DNA of 64,000 bases from Piedraia hortae CBS 480.64 (taxonomy: Eukaryota): assembly GCA_010093745.1 (NCBI GenBank), contig MU005957.1, positions 496,001 to 560,000 on the forward strand. Reading direction: 5' to 3'. A program made the translations under genes and the position numbers. Position 1 is the stretch's first letter; each line of letters opens with the position of its first letter. Below are positions 33,118 to 44,520 of this stretch, piece after piece. The notes below the pieces were generated by a model. It did not search any database. It saw nothing but the letters and a program-made list of their open reading frames with translations, and had not been told where the DNA came from.

Positions 33118-34386
33118 TGTTGGTGTAGTTGCGTGAGTTTATGTTGAGGTAAGGAAAGGAAATAACGCGAGGAGAGAAAGGTGAGGGAGACATGTGTGAT
33201 GTGAGTGTCGTTTTGGGAGTTACCTAGGGAACGGGGGTATATATTGGGTGGGATTCACTTCAGCGCAGCATTGGTTGTTGGGGATTGATGTGGCTGGTTA
33301 GCGCGGTGATGCTTGGCGTAAATTGGGATTGGTTCACAGATGTCAGGGACGTCAACCGCCCGTCGTGAATAGCCCTGCGGTGGCGCTCGTGATACGGGGA
33401 AAGAGACTGAGCTGTTTGGTTGGTGGGCGCACGGGCTCAGCCTCGGAAAGACCTTAACCATCCGTGAAAGGCTTTATTCAAAGCCGCCGAGGCTACTAAA
33501 AATGCAAAAGGGTGCCAGAGATGAACACTGAGCATCACAGCAAAAGTAGAATCAAATTGCAGATGTTTTGCTTGACTGACGAGTGCATAAAAGTGAATAT
33601 AGCCTCTCAGTACTGTGCGATCGGTCACAAATAGAAAACCAACAGATTCTAACACTCAAGTCTTTGCCTGCTTGGCAGTCTTTAACGCTAACACACCGAT
33701 TGAACCATGTCGTCACCTATCGGTGTGAAGTTTCTGTCGCCCGCTTGCATAATCACTTGAATAGATTGTGTCAGAAGGATGTGGCACCTACCATGACCAC
33801 AACTGTAGATAGAAGTCGGAACTTCTCAGGGGTTTTACCTCCATAGAGGAAGTTTTCCCGGGACGGGTCATTGTCTCGTACATGCTTAAGGGCATGGTTC
33901 GCTGACGTTGTCTTGGCGAATGCGGTTAGACTGAGGTAGTGTGGGGAAGGTTTCGAACCTCACCTCAGAGAGACATAGACATCTACATTCACTTTTCCAG
34001 TCAAAGTTGAGTGAAAACTTTTGTCGTCGATATCCGCTACCCTTTAGTCCTGAGAGGTTCACCCCTCCGACAGATTGTCATGATGGCAGGGAGGATGGCA
34101 CCTCTTTGGAACAATCTGAATCGCCATCTTATAAATAGATGCTGGATCAACTGCGTTGGACATAGAGAAAGACAACGTCCAGGAGTGTAACTGATCTCAC
34201 CACAAAAAATCCTAAGCACGATAAAAACCCCCCTTTAAAAACGTAAACCTTCCTTCAAACCTCAAAAGTGCATGCCCCTTTCCCATCTCTCCTCCCCTCG
34301 TGAATTTCCCCACGAAGAACTTCTAAATTCCCCACCCTTCTCGCAAAAAAAAAAAAAACCGCACTTTCTTCATAAATCAGCTACAG

Positions 34387-34616
34387 TGTGTGAGTACACC
34401 GTGTACTCCTGCTCCAAAGGCTGCGGAAGCAAGAGTGACCGCATTCGTACATCGCAATGCCCAAATATTCGCGATGGGGGAAACAAATGTTCGTTAACGA
34501 ACGTGATTACGAAAAAAGGCAGTTATATCTGTCAGAGATGTTGCGATAAAGAAATCGCAAAGGGACTTCAGAGGGAGGCCAAGCGGGATCCTTCAGGGGG
34601 GAAGGGGTGGGGATAG
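34387..34616 (+). CDS. Small Cys-rich putative Zn-binding protein; start uncertain
   Basis: (V)CEYTVYSCSKGC...C...C...YICQRCC pattern, resembling small fungal MC..Y.C..C proteins. The codon at the expected start is GTG. Confidence 0.4.
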
Positions 34617-34855
34617 GGAGTATATGGGTACAGGACTCCTGCTGCATAAATTAGCTAGATGTTAGGTGAGAGTGAATGATTTTTTTAGTTTCGTTTCATG
34701 TGCGTGTGCTTTTCTGATTCATGGGTAGGTATAAGATAGAATGAAAGGGCGCATGTTTGGGTCAGTTATGTATACCGTTTTACTGAACTAGTAACATCAG
34801 CTTCGCATCCTTGTGTCAGTGTCAGGTAGAAATCCGATCGGGATGAGTAGACTTC

Positions 34856-35467
34856 CTAGCGTCTAGCAGAGGCTGGTGTCTGATTGGACAGAGTCGAAGT
34901 CGGCGTAGGTGACGGAGAATTCTCTCCCACATCGTCATCTTCAGGTAGACGAACTGAGAGAAGAAACCTCAGGTCTTCCCGACGACGCCTCTCATAGTCT
35001 TCATACCACCACGGTAGCTTTGACGACGATCTCGGATCGTTAGCGTTGTCGTTACGAGGACGTAACTGAGCTGGATTGCTGGCGTTGCCGTTACGACTTA
35101 GCTGGGCGGGATTATTTGCGTTGCTGTTACGACAGCTTAGCTGAGTTGAATTGCTGGCGTTGCCGTTGAGAGGACCCAGCTGGATCGGATTGCTGGTGTT
35201 GACGTTACGAGGACCTAGCTGAGCTGGATTACTAGCGTTGCCGCGATGAAGACTTAGCTGAGTTGGATTGCTAGCCTGCCGGCTATGCTGGCCGAACCGA
35301 GCACATTCCACGCGAAAAATGGCCTGCTCCTCCTGCATCAACTCGTACTGTTCGTCTAACATGGCGGATAAGTGTATGATGGCTCTGATGTGCGGCATCT
35401 GGGGTCCGGTATTCATCGCGGCTTGGTTTCTGAGCGATGCACCATTCGAGACATGTTGATTGGCCAT
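34856..35467 (-). CDS. Hypothetical protein with ~13-aa NASNPAQL repeats; divergent partner of a Clr2-like gene
   Basis: Open 203-aa frame from MANQHVS. A paralogous pseudogene at 10632 supports a coding origin. Confidence 0.65.
   Translation of the reverse strand: MANQHVSNGASLRNQAAMNTGPQMPHIRAIIHLSAMLDEQYELMQEEQAIFRVECARFGQHSRQASNPTQLSLHRGNASNPAQLGPRNVNTSNPIQLGPLNGNASNSTQLSCRNSNANNPAQLSRNGNASNPAQLRPRNDNANDPRSSSKLPWWYEDYERRRREDLRFLLSVRLPEDDDVGENSPSPTPTSTLSNQTPASARR
35040..35285 (-). repeat. ~39-bp coding minisatellite (6-7 units)
   Basis: QASNPTQLSLHRG / NASNPAQLGPRNV / NTSNPIQLGPLNG / NASNSTQLSCRNS / NANNPAQLSRNG / NASNPAQLRPRND. Confidence 0.9.
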
Positions 35468-36665
35468 TGTTGAGTGGTTGAACAGATTTTGTTCCAGACT
35501 GCAATTGGTTAGGTTTGGCGGCAATCGAGTTCGACTGTTCGGGACCCCAAATTAGTGCGTCTTGGCGTTTGCTATTGCTCAGCTAGTGAGAATGCAAACT
35601 TCTCGGCAGCTTTCCGCGACCTTCTGCCCGTCAGTCAAATGTGAAAAGGACGGTTGGCTAAAAGCTTGATGCACTGTGCAATGGTGTTTTTTCTACAACG
35701 GTTTGCTGCATGCACATACTCAGGCTTCTGGATCACTGTTGAAAATCCTCTAAGACACAGGTGCCTGTGCACGTTTTAGTCTGGACTGTCAACGCGCTGC
35801 TAGTCAGACAAGCGGGCAAGATCAGGACGCAAGTGAGTAGTTCTTGGAGGCTTGACAAGATTGTCAAGTAATTTTAATGGAGTTTTGAATGGTACACGGG
35901 AAGACGATTGCCATCTTCGTTTGTCGATCCTTTCATCTCCCTACCATCAACGCAGAGGTTATAACAGTGACCAACAAACACCGCGTAAACAAACACAGCT
36001 TCTTCTTTACACTCCTCTTGGTTTTCATCATCCCAAACATGAATATATGAGCAGACAGCTGGGGTGGTAAACATAACTTACCCAAGTTAAAACGAAGACA
36101 TATCTGCCAGAAACTTGTCAATAATGCGTATGAGCAGCCAGCAGTTGCTTGAACCCGTTTGGTTCACCAGCTCCGTTATATACTGGAATTGCCTTTACAT
36201 CTGGCAAAAACACCCCGACAGATGCGAAATACGCCATTGGACCTGATCCAAGTCGAAATTTGTACGAAGGCGACCGAATATGAAAGTCAATTTGAAGACC
36301 TTTTCGCACATAGTACTTTAGCAAGAAAACGTCGAATTCTCCCGCGTTACCTCCCGTGACCGGGGCTGATCAAGCAGAGTATGCAAATACCCTTCCAGAG
36401 GCTGCATTCTCGCCTTTCATCAAGCTGTGCTTCCTCGCTACTTGCAGTTTGCCTCAAGGTTACAGCCTGTGATGAGAGGTGAGCCGCTCACGCGTTTCTG
36501 GAACGGCCAGAACGCGTATAACAATTTTTGTGCAGAAGTGATACCCCGGCACACAGATTCCGCAGTCGGAGTTTAAGTGGAAGCCCTCGAAGACGCCACT
36601 GCACAGGCATTTACCATCCATGATGGCCCATTACAGCTCTCCTCAACCTCCACCTCTGCACCAGC

Positions 36666-36912
36666 ATGGCTAACGCCACTACCATGCCTGGCCTCCGCAT
36701 CGACAACGCGACAGACGTCATCGGCAGTATGTTCCCGAATTCCAACAATTTCCTACCGTCCGCCACCGGTGGTCCCTACCGCAAGTGGTGGCTAAAGGGG
36801 ATTGGAAAGCTCTGGGCCGCCGACCTGGGGCACAATTTGCCATACTGAACTTTTGCCCTCAACCGCCTTTATCCGTCTCGCAAAGAATTCGGAAGTTTGA
36901 AGAGGTTCTACA
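36666..36912 (+). pseudogene. Clr2 N-terminal-like copy 3 (internally deleted)
   Basis: MANATTMPGLRIDNATDVIG...KWWLKGIGKLWAADLGHNLPY*, then LNRL joined directly to YPSRKEFGSLKRFY. Confidence 0.8.
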
Positions 36913-36920
36913 CATTCACT

Positions 36921-37540
36921 ATGGCCCACCACAAGACGCGCCTTGTTCTTCTGCTTCTGTTTTCTTTGTATTTTTAACTCTCCTCAACCTCAACTTTCGG
37001 CTAAAGTGGTAAATGCTACTTCAACTTTCACGCTACCAATTAGCAATGCCACGGATGGCATTGGTGGTACGTTTCCAATCCCGACCTACCTAAATTAGCC
37101 CATTCTAACAATCCGTTATTGTCGCGAACCTCCCCACGACTGCCACCGCCAAGCCCTGGGCGGCCGAGCTGGACCAAAGCTGGCCTTACAAAAACTTCAC
37201 CCTTGACAGCCTCGCCGAAGGCTATGTTGCCTTCGTAAAAATCCACGGCTGCAGCAAGGCACGCAAGAGCCATTATGCTTTGTGGGGCCACCCGTCAGGC
37301 AAGCAAATCTGGAGCCTGAAGAGGTTCCTACCCCACTTTTTGTGGTCGATGGGTGACCAAAAAAGGCCAGTGCGCTTGCACTTTGTGCTTGGGAAGAGGA
37401 GATGGACGGAAAGGAGCCCGGCGAAATACCCAACGACAACGGCGCCGTGAGTAGCGAGTGATGTGGTTGGTGGACTGGGCCTGAGCATCAAGAAGACGAG
37501 GAACTTTTCGTGGAGGCTGAAGTATCTCTACCTTTTTCAA
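36921..37540 (+). pseudogene. Clr2 N-terminal-like copy 4 (tandem with copy 3)
   Basis: ISNATDGIG plus an intron remnant; WAAELDQSWPYKNFTLDSLAEGYVAFVKIHGCSKARKSHYALWGHPSGKQIWSLKRF; PHFLWSMG; GQCACTLC; DVVGGLGLSIK. Frameshifted. Confidence 0.8.
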
Positions 37541-38067
37541 ACGTCCTCCCTCGATTTTTGCTCTGATGGCTGTGGGCAGAGCCCCAAAATTTTCCGCAAC
37601 ATGTCTTTTCTCTACATCGCAGTTTCACAGTCGCACTCCAATTATGACGGTACGTTACCGATTCTGTGGGTTCACAAGATCGGGAAATTGAACGAGTCCA
37701 AGCAACGCGATGGCTGATTCTTTTCTAGGTGAGATGGGTTCCTATCTTATTGCAGAATTTCGCATGTACAGTGTTATCGAAAGGACTATCATGTGGAAGA
37801 TGACCATTTGCCCTTGTGGAGGTTGCAAAATCTGATGTCGTGGGTGTGGCTCAATCCAAGAGGGTAGTGCCCCGGTGCTCTTCACCCACACAAACAATAG
37901 AAGAAGTCTAGTCGTTCCATAAGAGTGGCTCGTATCTCTTGAGGCCAGTTAGGGAAGGGATGTACAGTAAGTCTGGTTGGAAAACCTGGAACCGTATAGC
38001 ACAGGTCTATTTTGAGGGCTCATGAAGCCAGCAGGGCAGAATTGGAGAAATGAATGGCTTGCTCCAA

Positions 38068-38617
38068 CTACGATAGATTGTGATATATATTCCCTACCAT
38101 GTTAGGACCACGCTGTTTATCGTCGTCGCCGTTGCCTTCGTTGCCGTGATCGACCTCCAGCTCTTCGTCATCCCCTTCGTCGTCTTGGGGCAGCAGCGCA
38201 CACAGGGTGCAATTGCACCGACAGTCCATACCTTCAATAAGCTACAAAAATTGGGGATAAAATCTCTTTGGACTCCGGAACTCCTTCTGCGACGGATGTC
38301 CCCGGAGAGCATAATGGTTTTTGTGCACTCTGTCTTGGCCATGAACCTTAACGTAGGTAGCGTAGCCGCGGAGCAGGCGGTCGAGGACAAAAGTCCAGTA
38401 AGGCCAATCTTGGCCGAAGTCGGCGGCCCAGAGCTTCCCAATTCCCTTCAACCACCATTTACGGCAGGGCTTGCCGATGGTGGATGGAGAAAATTGGCCT
38501 CTGCGATGTAAGGTTAGAACCTGCGTGTATGGAATCGTTGGGGTATGGGACCATACTTCCGATGCCCTGGGCGGAGTTTTCGATGCGCAGGTTGAGTTTT
38601 GTCGTTGCGTTTTTCAT
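38068..38617 (-). pseudogene. Clr2 N-terminal-like copy 5 (convergent with copy 4)
   Basis: MKNATTKLNLRIENSAQGIG, the same intron, then a 1-nt frameshift. KWWLKGIGKLWAADFGQDWPYWTFVLDRLLRGY...HYALRGHPSQKEFRSPKRFYPQFL*LIEGMDCRCNCTLC. Confidence 0.82.
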
Positions 38618-39421
38618 TCTGCTGTGCGAAGGTGGAGGGTGCGAAGATTTAAAATCAACTGAAAGGAGAAGCCGAAGAATGAGGCGCGACTTGCCGTGGG
38701 CTATTGTGGTAGAGTGAATGCGTTTGCATTGTAGTCGTCGAGGACTTTCACTTACATTGATGGGGCGATAACTGGGAAAGGTGTGGGGAACGGTCTGATT
38801 TTCTACCTGCATGAGGTGCACGGGAGGGTCCGAACGTTTTGTGGGAAAGTGTACTAAGCGAGATTTTTCTTGAGTTGAGATTTGCCTTCAGTCGCGTTTA
38901 CGATATACAGAATTGCTTGTTCGCAGGATATATTCATACTTACATTTGGTGTGTTGCAATTTCGTTGGTTCGCAATGATTGTTAAAAAGTTGCTATCGTA
39001 TACCTAAAGATCCCCACAGAAGAATCGTGTGCGACGCCAACGTGCAACAAGACTCACTAACTAGGACTTAATCCAACCAAGGAGATCGTGGACTCGAGGG
39101 CATAGAATTCGTTGTCGGAATAAGGGACGGAGCTTAATCCCGTCTCTCCGCCGCAGCGAAAGGTGAATCAGTTGTGCGCATGATTTATGTCCGTTAAACA
39201 GGAGAGTAAAGGGTACACCTGTGTGCCAAACCTGCCCCGCATTCGCCCACGAGCAAAATCATTCAACTATAGATGCATCGTCTTCATAAATTTCCACTTC
39301 TGCAAACCTAAGCCGTAGTAATCTATCCGGACTGCAATAACAAACGCCAAGCATCTCCCCTTACTCCGGGCCGATTCGTCTGACACCATGCCATGATTCA
39401 AGCAACATTACTTCATTAAAA

Positions 39422-41583
39422 TTAAAAACTGAGCAAATCCTCCTCCGCACCGGCCCCGCTAGCTGGCATGAAAGCGGCTTGTTGCACGCTACCGAGGCCC
39501 TGACCCTGGTTCGCGACATAGAGGTTCCCTTGGTCTTCTCCGTGGGTCATGGGATTACCCATGGCGCTGAAGAGGGCATCTGCCTCGTTAAGGACGTTGT
39601 GATTTCCTGCAAGACCCTCTGCTGGGTCTCCCGACACGGCCAACTGCGCATGTTGCTGTGCTATGTAGGTCGGCAAGGAATGGCGCTGGAGGGCGGGAGA
39701 GTCATGCAGCTTTCTCGGCCGCGCGTTGCGGAATACGGCGTGGACAGGTTTGAGGTAGACTGTCACCAGCGTGCCAGCTACGAGACACAGTTCCTCCAGT
39801 ATGGTAGGGTCGAGCTTCTCGCTTTCGGCCGTGATGGGCGGCTTTTCGCTCAAGACGATGCCTTTGGCAGCTTCGGGATGGGAGGAGAGTAAGCGCCAGT
39901 ACATGTATCCACGATCGCGTAAGTCTGGGTTGTCGGTGTCTTCTGTGGCCCATTTGAGGACCTTAGTTACCAGTTCCTGACCTTTTGTCGGCCGCTGGAT
40001 GAACAGCTTTACGGTTGCGGTCAAGAGGGCGAGCTGGACGCTGTGCGTCTCATCGTGCCAGCTGTCCAAGAAGTCCTCAAGTAATACCTCACTGTTATCG
40101 ATTCGGCCGGCGTATTGGCCAATAACCCAGATCATGGCGGCTTTCGCTTCCGGTTCGTCCAGGCTGTCCAGATTTTCGCACAGTGTCGAGATGATGCTCT
40201 CATACTGATTGGGATACTTGCGAAAAATGTTTTTGATGACGACCGTTGCCTCTTGAACGATGTACGTTACCTTTGTCGAAACCAGCTCCAGCAGCGTGTT
40301 GATACACGCCTGAGCGGCAGGCTCGATTTTGATCGCTAGTCTACCGATTGCACGAACACTCTTACGGACAAAGTGCACATCGATTTCCGTAGCGTATTCC
40401 CGTAGTTCAGCCAACACCTCCGTGATATTGTTCTCCGTCGCAAGCATGTACATGAGCTCCAGCTTGGTGACTTTGACGTAGATGGGGTCGTTGTACTTGC
40501 AGAATAGCACTCGAATGTCGTTTTTCAAAACCTCTGGTCGTCGTTGCAGGATCAAGCACGCATTGCGCAGTGCGAGGTACTGAATCTCCGGACCCTTGCT
40601 TAGTAGAGTCACCAGAGGCGGGCTCATCTTGGCGCACAGGCTCGAAATTGTTTTCTCAGAGTCGATGTAGTTCATCAGATATAAGATAACGCGGATGCAG
40701 GTTAATACAACAGCCGAGTTAGTGTGGGATAGCCGCGGCGTGATGCGCTCAGCAAGCAGAATGGCCTCGGAGCAGTCCTGTGGCACATACGAAGTGAGCG
40801 CTTCCAAGATATATGTCTGGCCCCATTCTGAGCAATCGGGCAAGATTTGGACAATTTTGGAGGCGTTCGTGTAGTCGATGGTCAACTTGATAGTATCGCT
40901 GTGTTCCCAAATGTCCATCAAAGCTGCCAATGCAGAGGCGACCACAGTAGGGTTTTCATCCCGCAGCATCGAATTCAACTGCTCTATGAGGCCGCTGGGC
41001 TCAATCTTCTTGCGGTCATGATCGTACAGCTTTGCCACGGTGAATGCAGCAGTTTTTCGTACGTACGGATCAGGGTCTCTGAGCAGTCGACGGAGCGGAT
41101 CAATTGTGGACTCGACAAATTGCTGCACGTGAATGTAGGAAATTGTGCGCAGAGCCAAAGCCCGCACCAGCGGACTCGGGTCTTCGAGATCTCTGAGCAA
41201 TATTGGAAGTGCGCGGAGAGCCTCATCTGGCCTATTGCGAGCATAATTGACCAGAAACAAAAAGCACCTGCTTGGTCAGCAATTAATTTGGGAAACTCAC
41301 AAGTGTGGGCTGACATTTTCTTAATCTCCACACTTGGCAGCGTCATGACACCGACAATGTCCGGAAATAGGGCCACCATGTCATTATTACTCATGGTCAT
41401 GTTTGCGACGATTTTCTTGAGCGCAATCTTCTTGGAGCTGTAATTCTTGTCCTTTTTCCCGCCGGAGCTGACGAGTTCCTGTCGCAGCTCGGCGACTTTG
41501 CCCTGCTGGAATAAGTTTGTGCCATAAGTCGCCGCAAGTCGTCATACCCGTGCAAAAAGCTTCGCATCTTGACCGGAACTCAT
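39422..41583 (-). CDS. APL1: AP-2 adaptor complex beta subunit (introns 41503-41547, 41268-41314)
   Basis: MSSGQDAKLFAR/GKVAELRQEL..KKIALKKIVANMTMSNNDMVALFPD; DPYVRKTAA; NPDLRDRGYMYWRLL. Confidence 0.92.
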
Positions 41584-41699
41584 AATGCGGTGACAGATCC
41601 GGTGCAGTGGTCGGGACAGCTTCTGTCAAACCCTAATCGCGTCCCTGACACCGTCCTAACCCTAAGCCCACCACCACCACCATCACCACCGCCACCGCA

Positions 41700-42233
41700 A
41701 TGAAGCCGCAGTGGATGGTCGATCTCGCGACCCCGCCGCCGACCAAGGGCAAATCAGCGGCACTACCGGATCCGCCAGGGTTTATCTCACAGTCCCACCG
41801 AGGTGGAAAAGTGAACAAAAATGTTGCAACGCCAAGGAAGCAACCATCCGCCGAGGAAATGGACACGCTGAAGATTAAGAAAGCGTGGGAGTTGGCATTG
41901 GCGCCAGCTAAGCAATTGCCTATGAACGCTATTGGAATGTACATGTCAGGGAACTCGCTGCAAATTTTCAGCATCATAATGGTCTTCATGCTGTTCAAGG
42001 CGCCGGTGCAGGCTATATTCAACATGCAGTCGACTTTTGCACGATTGGAGACGGAAACGAATAGGCAACAAATGATTGTGGTCAAGTTGGCTTACATTGC
42101 ATGCAACATGCTGGCCCTGGCGCTGGGAGTGTGGAAGATTAATGGCATGGGCTTGCTGCCGACGACTCGGAGCGATTGGCTGGACTGGGAGATGCCTCGA
42201 GAAGTGTCAGAGAGGGTTGTCTATATGCCTTGA
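41700..42233 (+). CDS. EMC4: ER membrane protein complex subunit 4
   Basis: KKAWELALAPAKQLPMNAIGMYMSGNSLQIFSI; MGLLPTTRSDWL. Confidence 0.93.
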   Translation: MKPQWMVDLATPPPTKGKSAALPDPPGFISQSHRGGKVNKNVATPRKQPSAEEMDTLKIKKAWELALAPAKQLPMNAIGMYMSGNSLQIFSIIMVFMLFKAPVQAIFNMQSTFARLETETNRQQMIVVKLAYIACNMLALALGVWKINGMGLLPTTRSDWLDWEMPREVSERVVYMP

Positions 42234-42331
42234 TAGGTCTAAACGATTGTGTCATCTGAACATGTGAACTCACTTGTCCCTGTAATGTGCGGTTTACCAT
42301 CAACTCACCTGCCCGAATGACTGCCATGGAT

Positions 42332-44359
42332 TTACCCGCCCAAACGGCTATAGTATGCCTGACGAGCGCGAGCCATGACCTTTGCCGCTTCTGGCGGCGG
42401 AACCTTGGGTTCACGCTGCAAGGTAAACAGACCATTCATCTCCTGTTCAATGTCTGAGAACTGGGTCCACACGATGCCACACACATTGCCTGCGCCTACG
42501 GTTGCCATGACGAGGCCATCAAACCGCCTCAACAGGTCCTGGCTGTCAGAGGCGGTGGTGTATCCCCAGTTCCCTTTTCGACTGTCATCATTGCGCACTG
42601 CAATATTGACTCCTCCGAACTCGGTGCACAGCACAGGTGCACCTTGTTTGTGATGGGATCCAGGATCGGGGTCTGGTCCTCGGATGGGTGCGAGGAACAT
42701 ATTCCTACCACGGCTCAGGATCGACTGCACCGAGACACACCGCTCAGCCATGCCTTTGGCATCTGCGTAGTCGTGGAAGGTGCTCAGGTCTGTGATCACA
42801 TGTTCCCAGCCACAGTTGTCGTTTATGGGTCTGTTGGGATCCAGCGTTTTGGTCATGTAATAGAGGCTTCGGATGTGATCACGTTGGCGTTTTTCCTCGC
42901 CCAGGTTTGGGTATCCCCAGCTCTCATTTACAGGTGTCCATGCGACAATGCTTGGTCTGTTAATATCACGACGGACCATTTCCATCCACTCCTGATTGAA
43001 CCGATCGACGGCATCCATGGAGAAATTGTAACAACTCGCCATCTCGCCCCAGACGAGAAATCCAAGTCGGTCCGCGCAGTGCATGAAGGCCGCAGACTCA
43101 ACCTTTTGGTGCTTGCGGCAGCCATTGAAGCCCATGCTTTTGCTGAGGACGATGTCCTCTCGAAGGGCTGCCTGTGTAGGAGGAGTCATGAGGGTTTCTG
43201 GCCAGTAGCCTTGGTCGAGGAAGAGTGCTTGGAAATAAGGCTGGTTATTCAGGCGAAGTGTACCGTCACCTGTTGTCCAGTCCAAAGAGCGCATTCCAGT
43301 TGTGGTCTTTACCTCGTCGAGGACGCCTCCAGCTGAATCGTGCAGCCTGATGGTGAGATCGTACAGAAGCGGCCATTCAGGCGACCATAAAGCTACGCCA
43401 TTATGCCAGCATGCAGGGTTATCTAATGGAGCTGCACGTAGAAGTTCTGCTGGGAGCTTTTCTGGCGTAATGCGCATATCCTGGTCGAACCGAACAAAGT
43501 CCTCTTCTTTTGGCGAGTTTTTGCGCTCGGAAGAGCTCACCAAAACACCGCAAAAGCTGGCCTCTATGCTGACAGAACATTCACACCGCGCCCTGCGACC
43601 TTGTATGGCGATGCGGGCATCAATGACGCCTTTCTCAATATCGTTGGATCGAATAATGGTGCCATTGCTGCTATCTGCTAGTCGGAGGGTCGGTACACTT
43701 TCAATCCAGACAGACTGCCAGATGCCAGATGATGGGGTGTAAAAGATATCTCGGGATTCCGGTCCCCAGTACTGTTTACCTCTGGGTTGAGTGAGATCGA
43801 ATGCGGAATCGTATACTCGTATGGAAAGTGTATAACTATCCTGAGCACCGCAGAGTAATATGGCATCAGAAAGATCAAGGTCAAACGGGACATGTCCACC
43901 ACGGTGCTCGCCGACAAAGTTGCCGTTCAGCCATACTTTGGCATGGTAATCAACGGCACCAAAGCGGAGCAACAGAACGTGACCGCGTTCTTGTTCTTCT
44001 ACGGAACGGACGTCTTTGATCAGCCTCTGATACCAGAGCACTTCATGGACAGCTCGTTCGGAGATGCCCGATGCAGGGGACTGATACACAAAAGGAACCT
44101 GAATTTTCCGGGGCTGTTGCAACCCCCGACGATGCCATCCTTGTCTAAGACCTATATCTTCATCATCGAAGGCGAAATCCCACTGACCATCAAGCAACTC
44201 CCATTTCAAACTCGACCGTCGAAAGTCTGGACAAGGATAGCCGTCTAGGTCAGGGGAGTGAGTAGTGAAAACCGTCGTCATTGGCGGAATGGTAAACCGA
44301 GCAGCCCCAGGAAATGAAGACTTTTCCTCATGATGAATGAGCCTCGACAGCTTATGCAT
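42332..44359 (-). CDS. GH2 glycoside hydrolase (beta-galactosidase/glucuronidase-like); start may be 44281
   Basis: LDGQWDFAFD, LRFGAVDY, HRGGHVPF, QPRGKQ, GIWQSVWIE, LDQGYWP, RKHQKVE, WTPVNESWG, TEFGG. Confidence 0.9.
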   Translation of the reverse strand: MHKLSRLIHHEEKSSFPGAARFTIPPMTTVFTTHSPDLDGYPCPDFRRSSLKWELLDGQWDFAFDDEDIGLRQGWHRRGLQQPRKIQVPFVYQSPASGISERAVHEVLWYQRLIKDVRSVEEQERGHVLLLRFGAVDYHAKVWLNGNFVGEHRGGHVPFDLDLSDAILLCGAQDSYTLSIRVYDSAFDLTQPRGKQYWGPESRDIFYTPSSGIWQSVWIESVPTLRLADSSNGTIIRSNDIEKGVIDARIAIQGRRARCECSVSIEASFCGVLVSSSERKNSPKEEDFVRFDQDMRITPEKLPAELLRAAPLDNPACWHNGVALWSPEWPLLYDLTIRLHDSAGGVLDEVKTTTGMRSLDWTTGDGTLRLNNQPYFQALFLDQGYWPETLMTPPTQAALREDIVLSKSMGFNGCRKHQKVESAAFMHCADRLGFLVWGEMASCYNFSMDAVDRFNQEWMEMVRRDINRPSIVAWTPVNESWGYPNLGEEKRQRDHIRSLYYMTKTLDPNRPINDNCGWEHVITDLSTFHDYADAKGMAERCVSVQSILSRGRNMFLAPIRGPDPDPGSHHKQGAPVLCTEFGGVNIAVRNDDSRKGNWGYTTASDSQDLLRRFDGLVMATVGAGNVCGIVWTQFSDIEQEMNGLFTLQREPKVPPPEAAKVMARARQAYYSRLGG

Positions 44360-44520
44360 TGCTACGAATCTACCCGATGTCGTCCATCTGGAAAGGTGGA
44401 GTCGCAAAGAACCTTTCGGGACGGACCGACCCGCGTTGCCATGGATCATCGGTAAACAAACATTGTGGCGCAATCATTATCAGCGACACCATTGTTTTTT
44501 TTGGATAGCCAGTCTGAATC

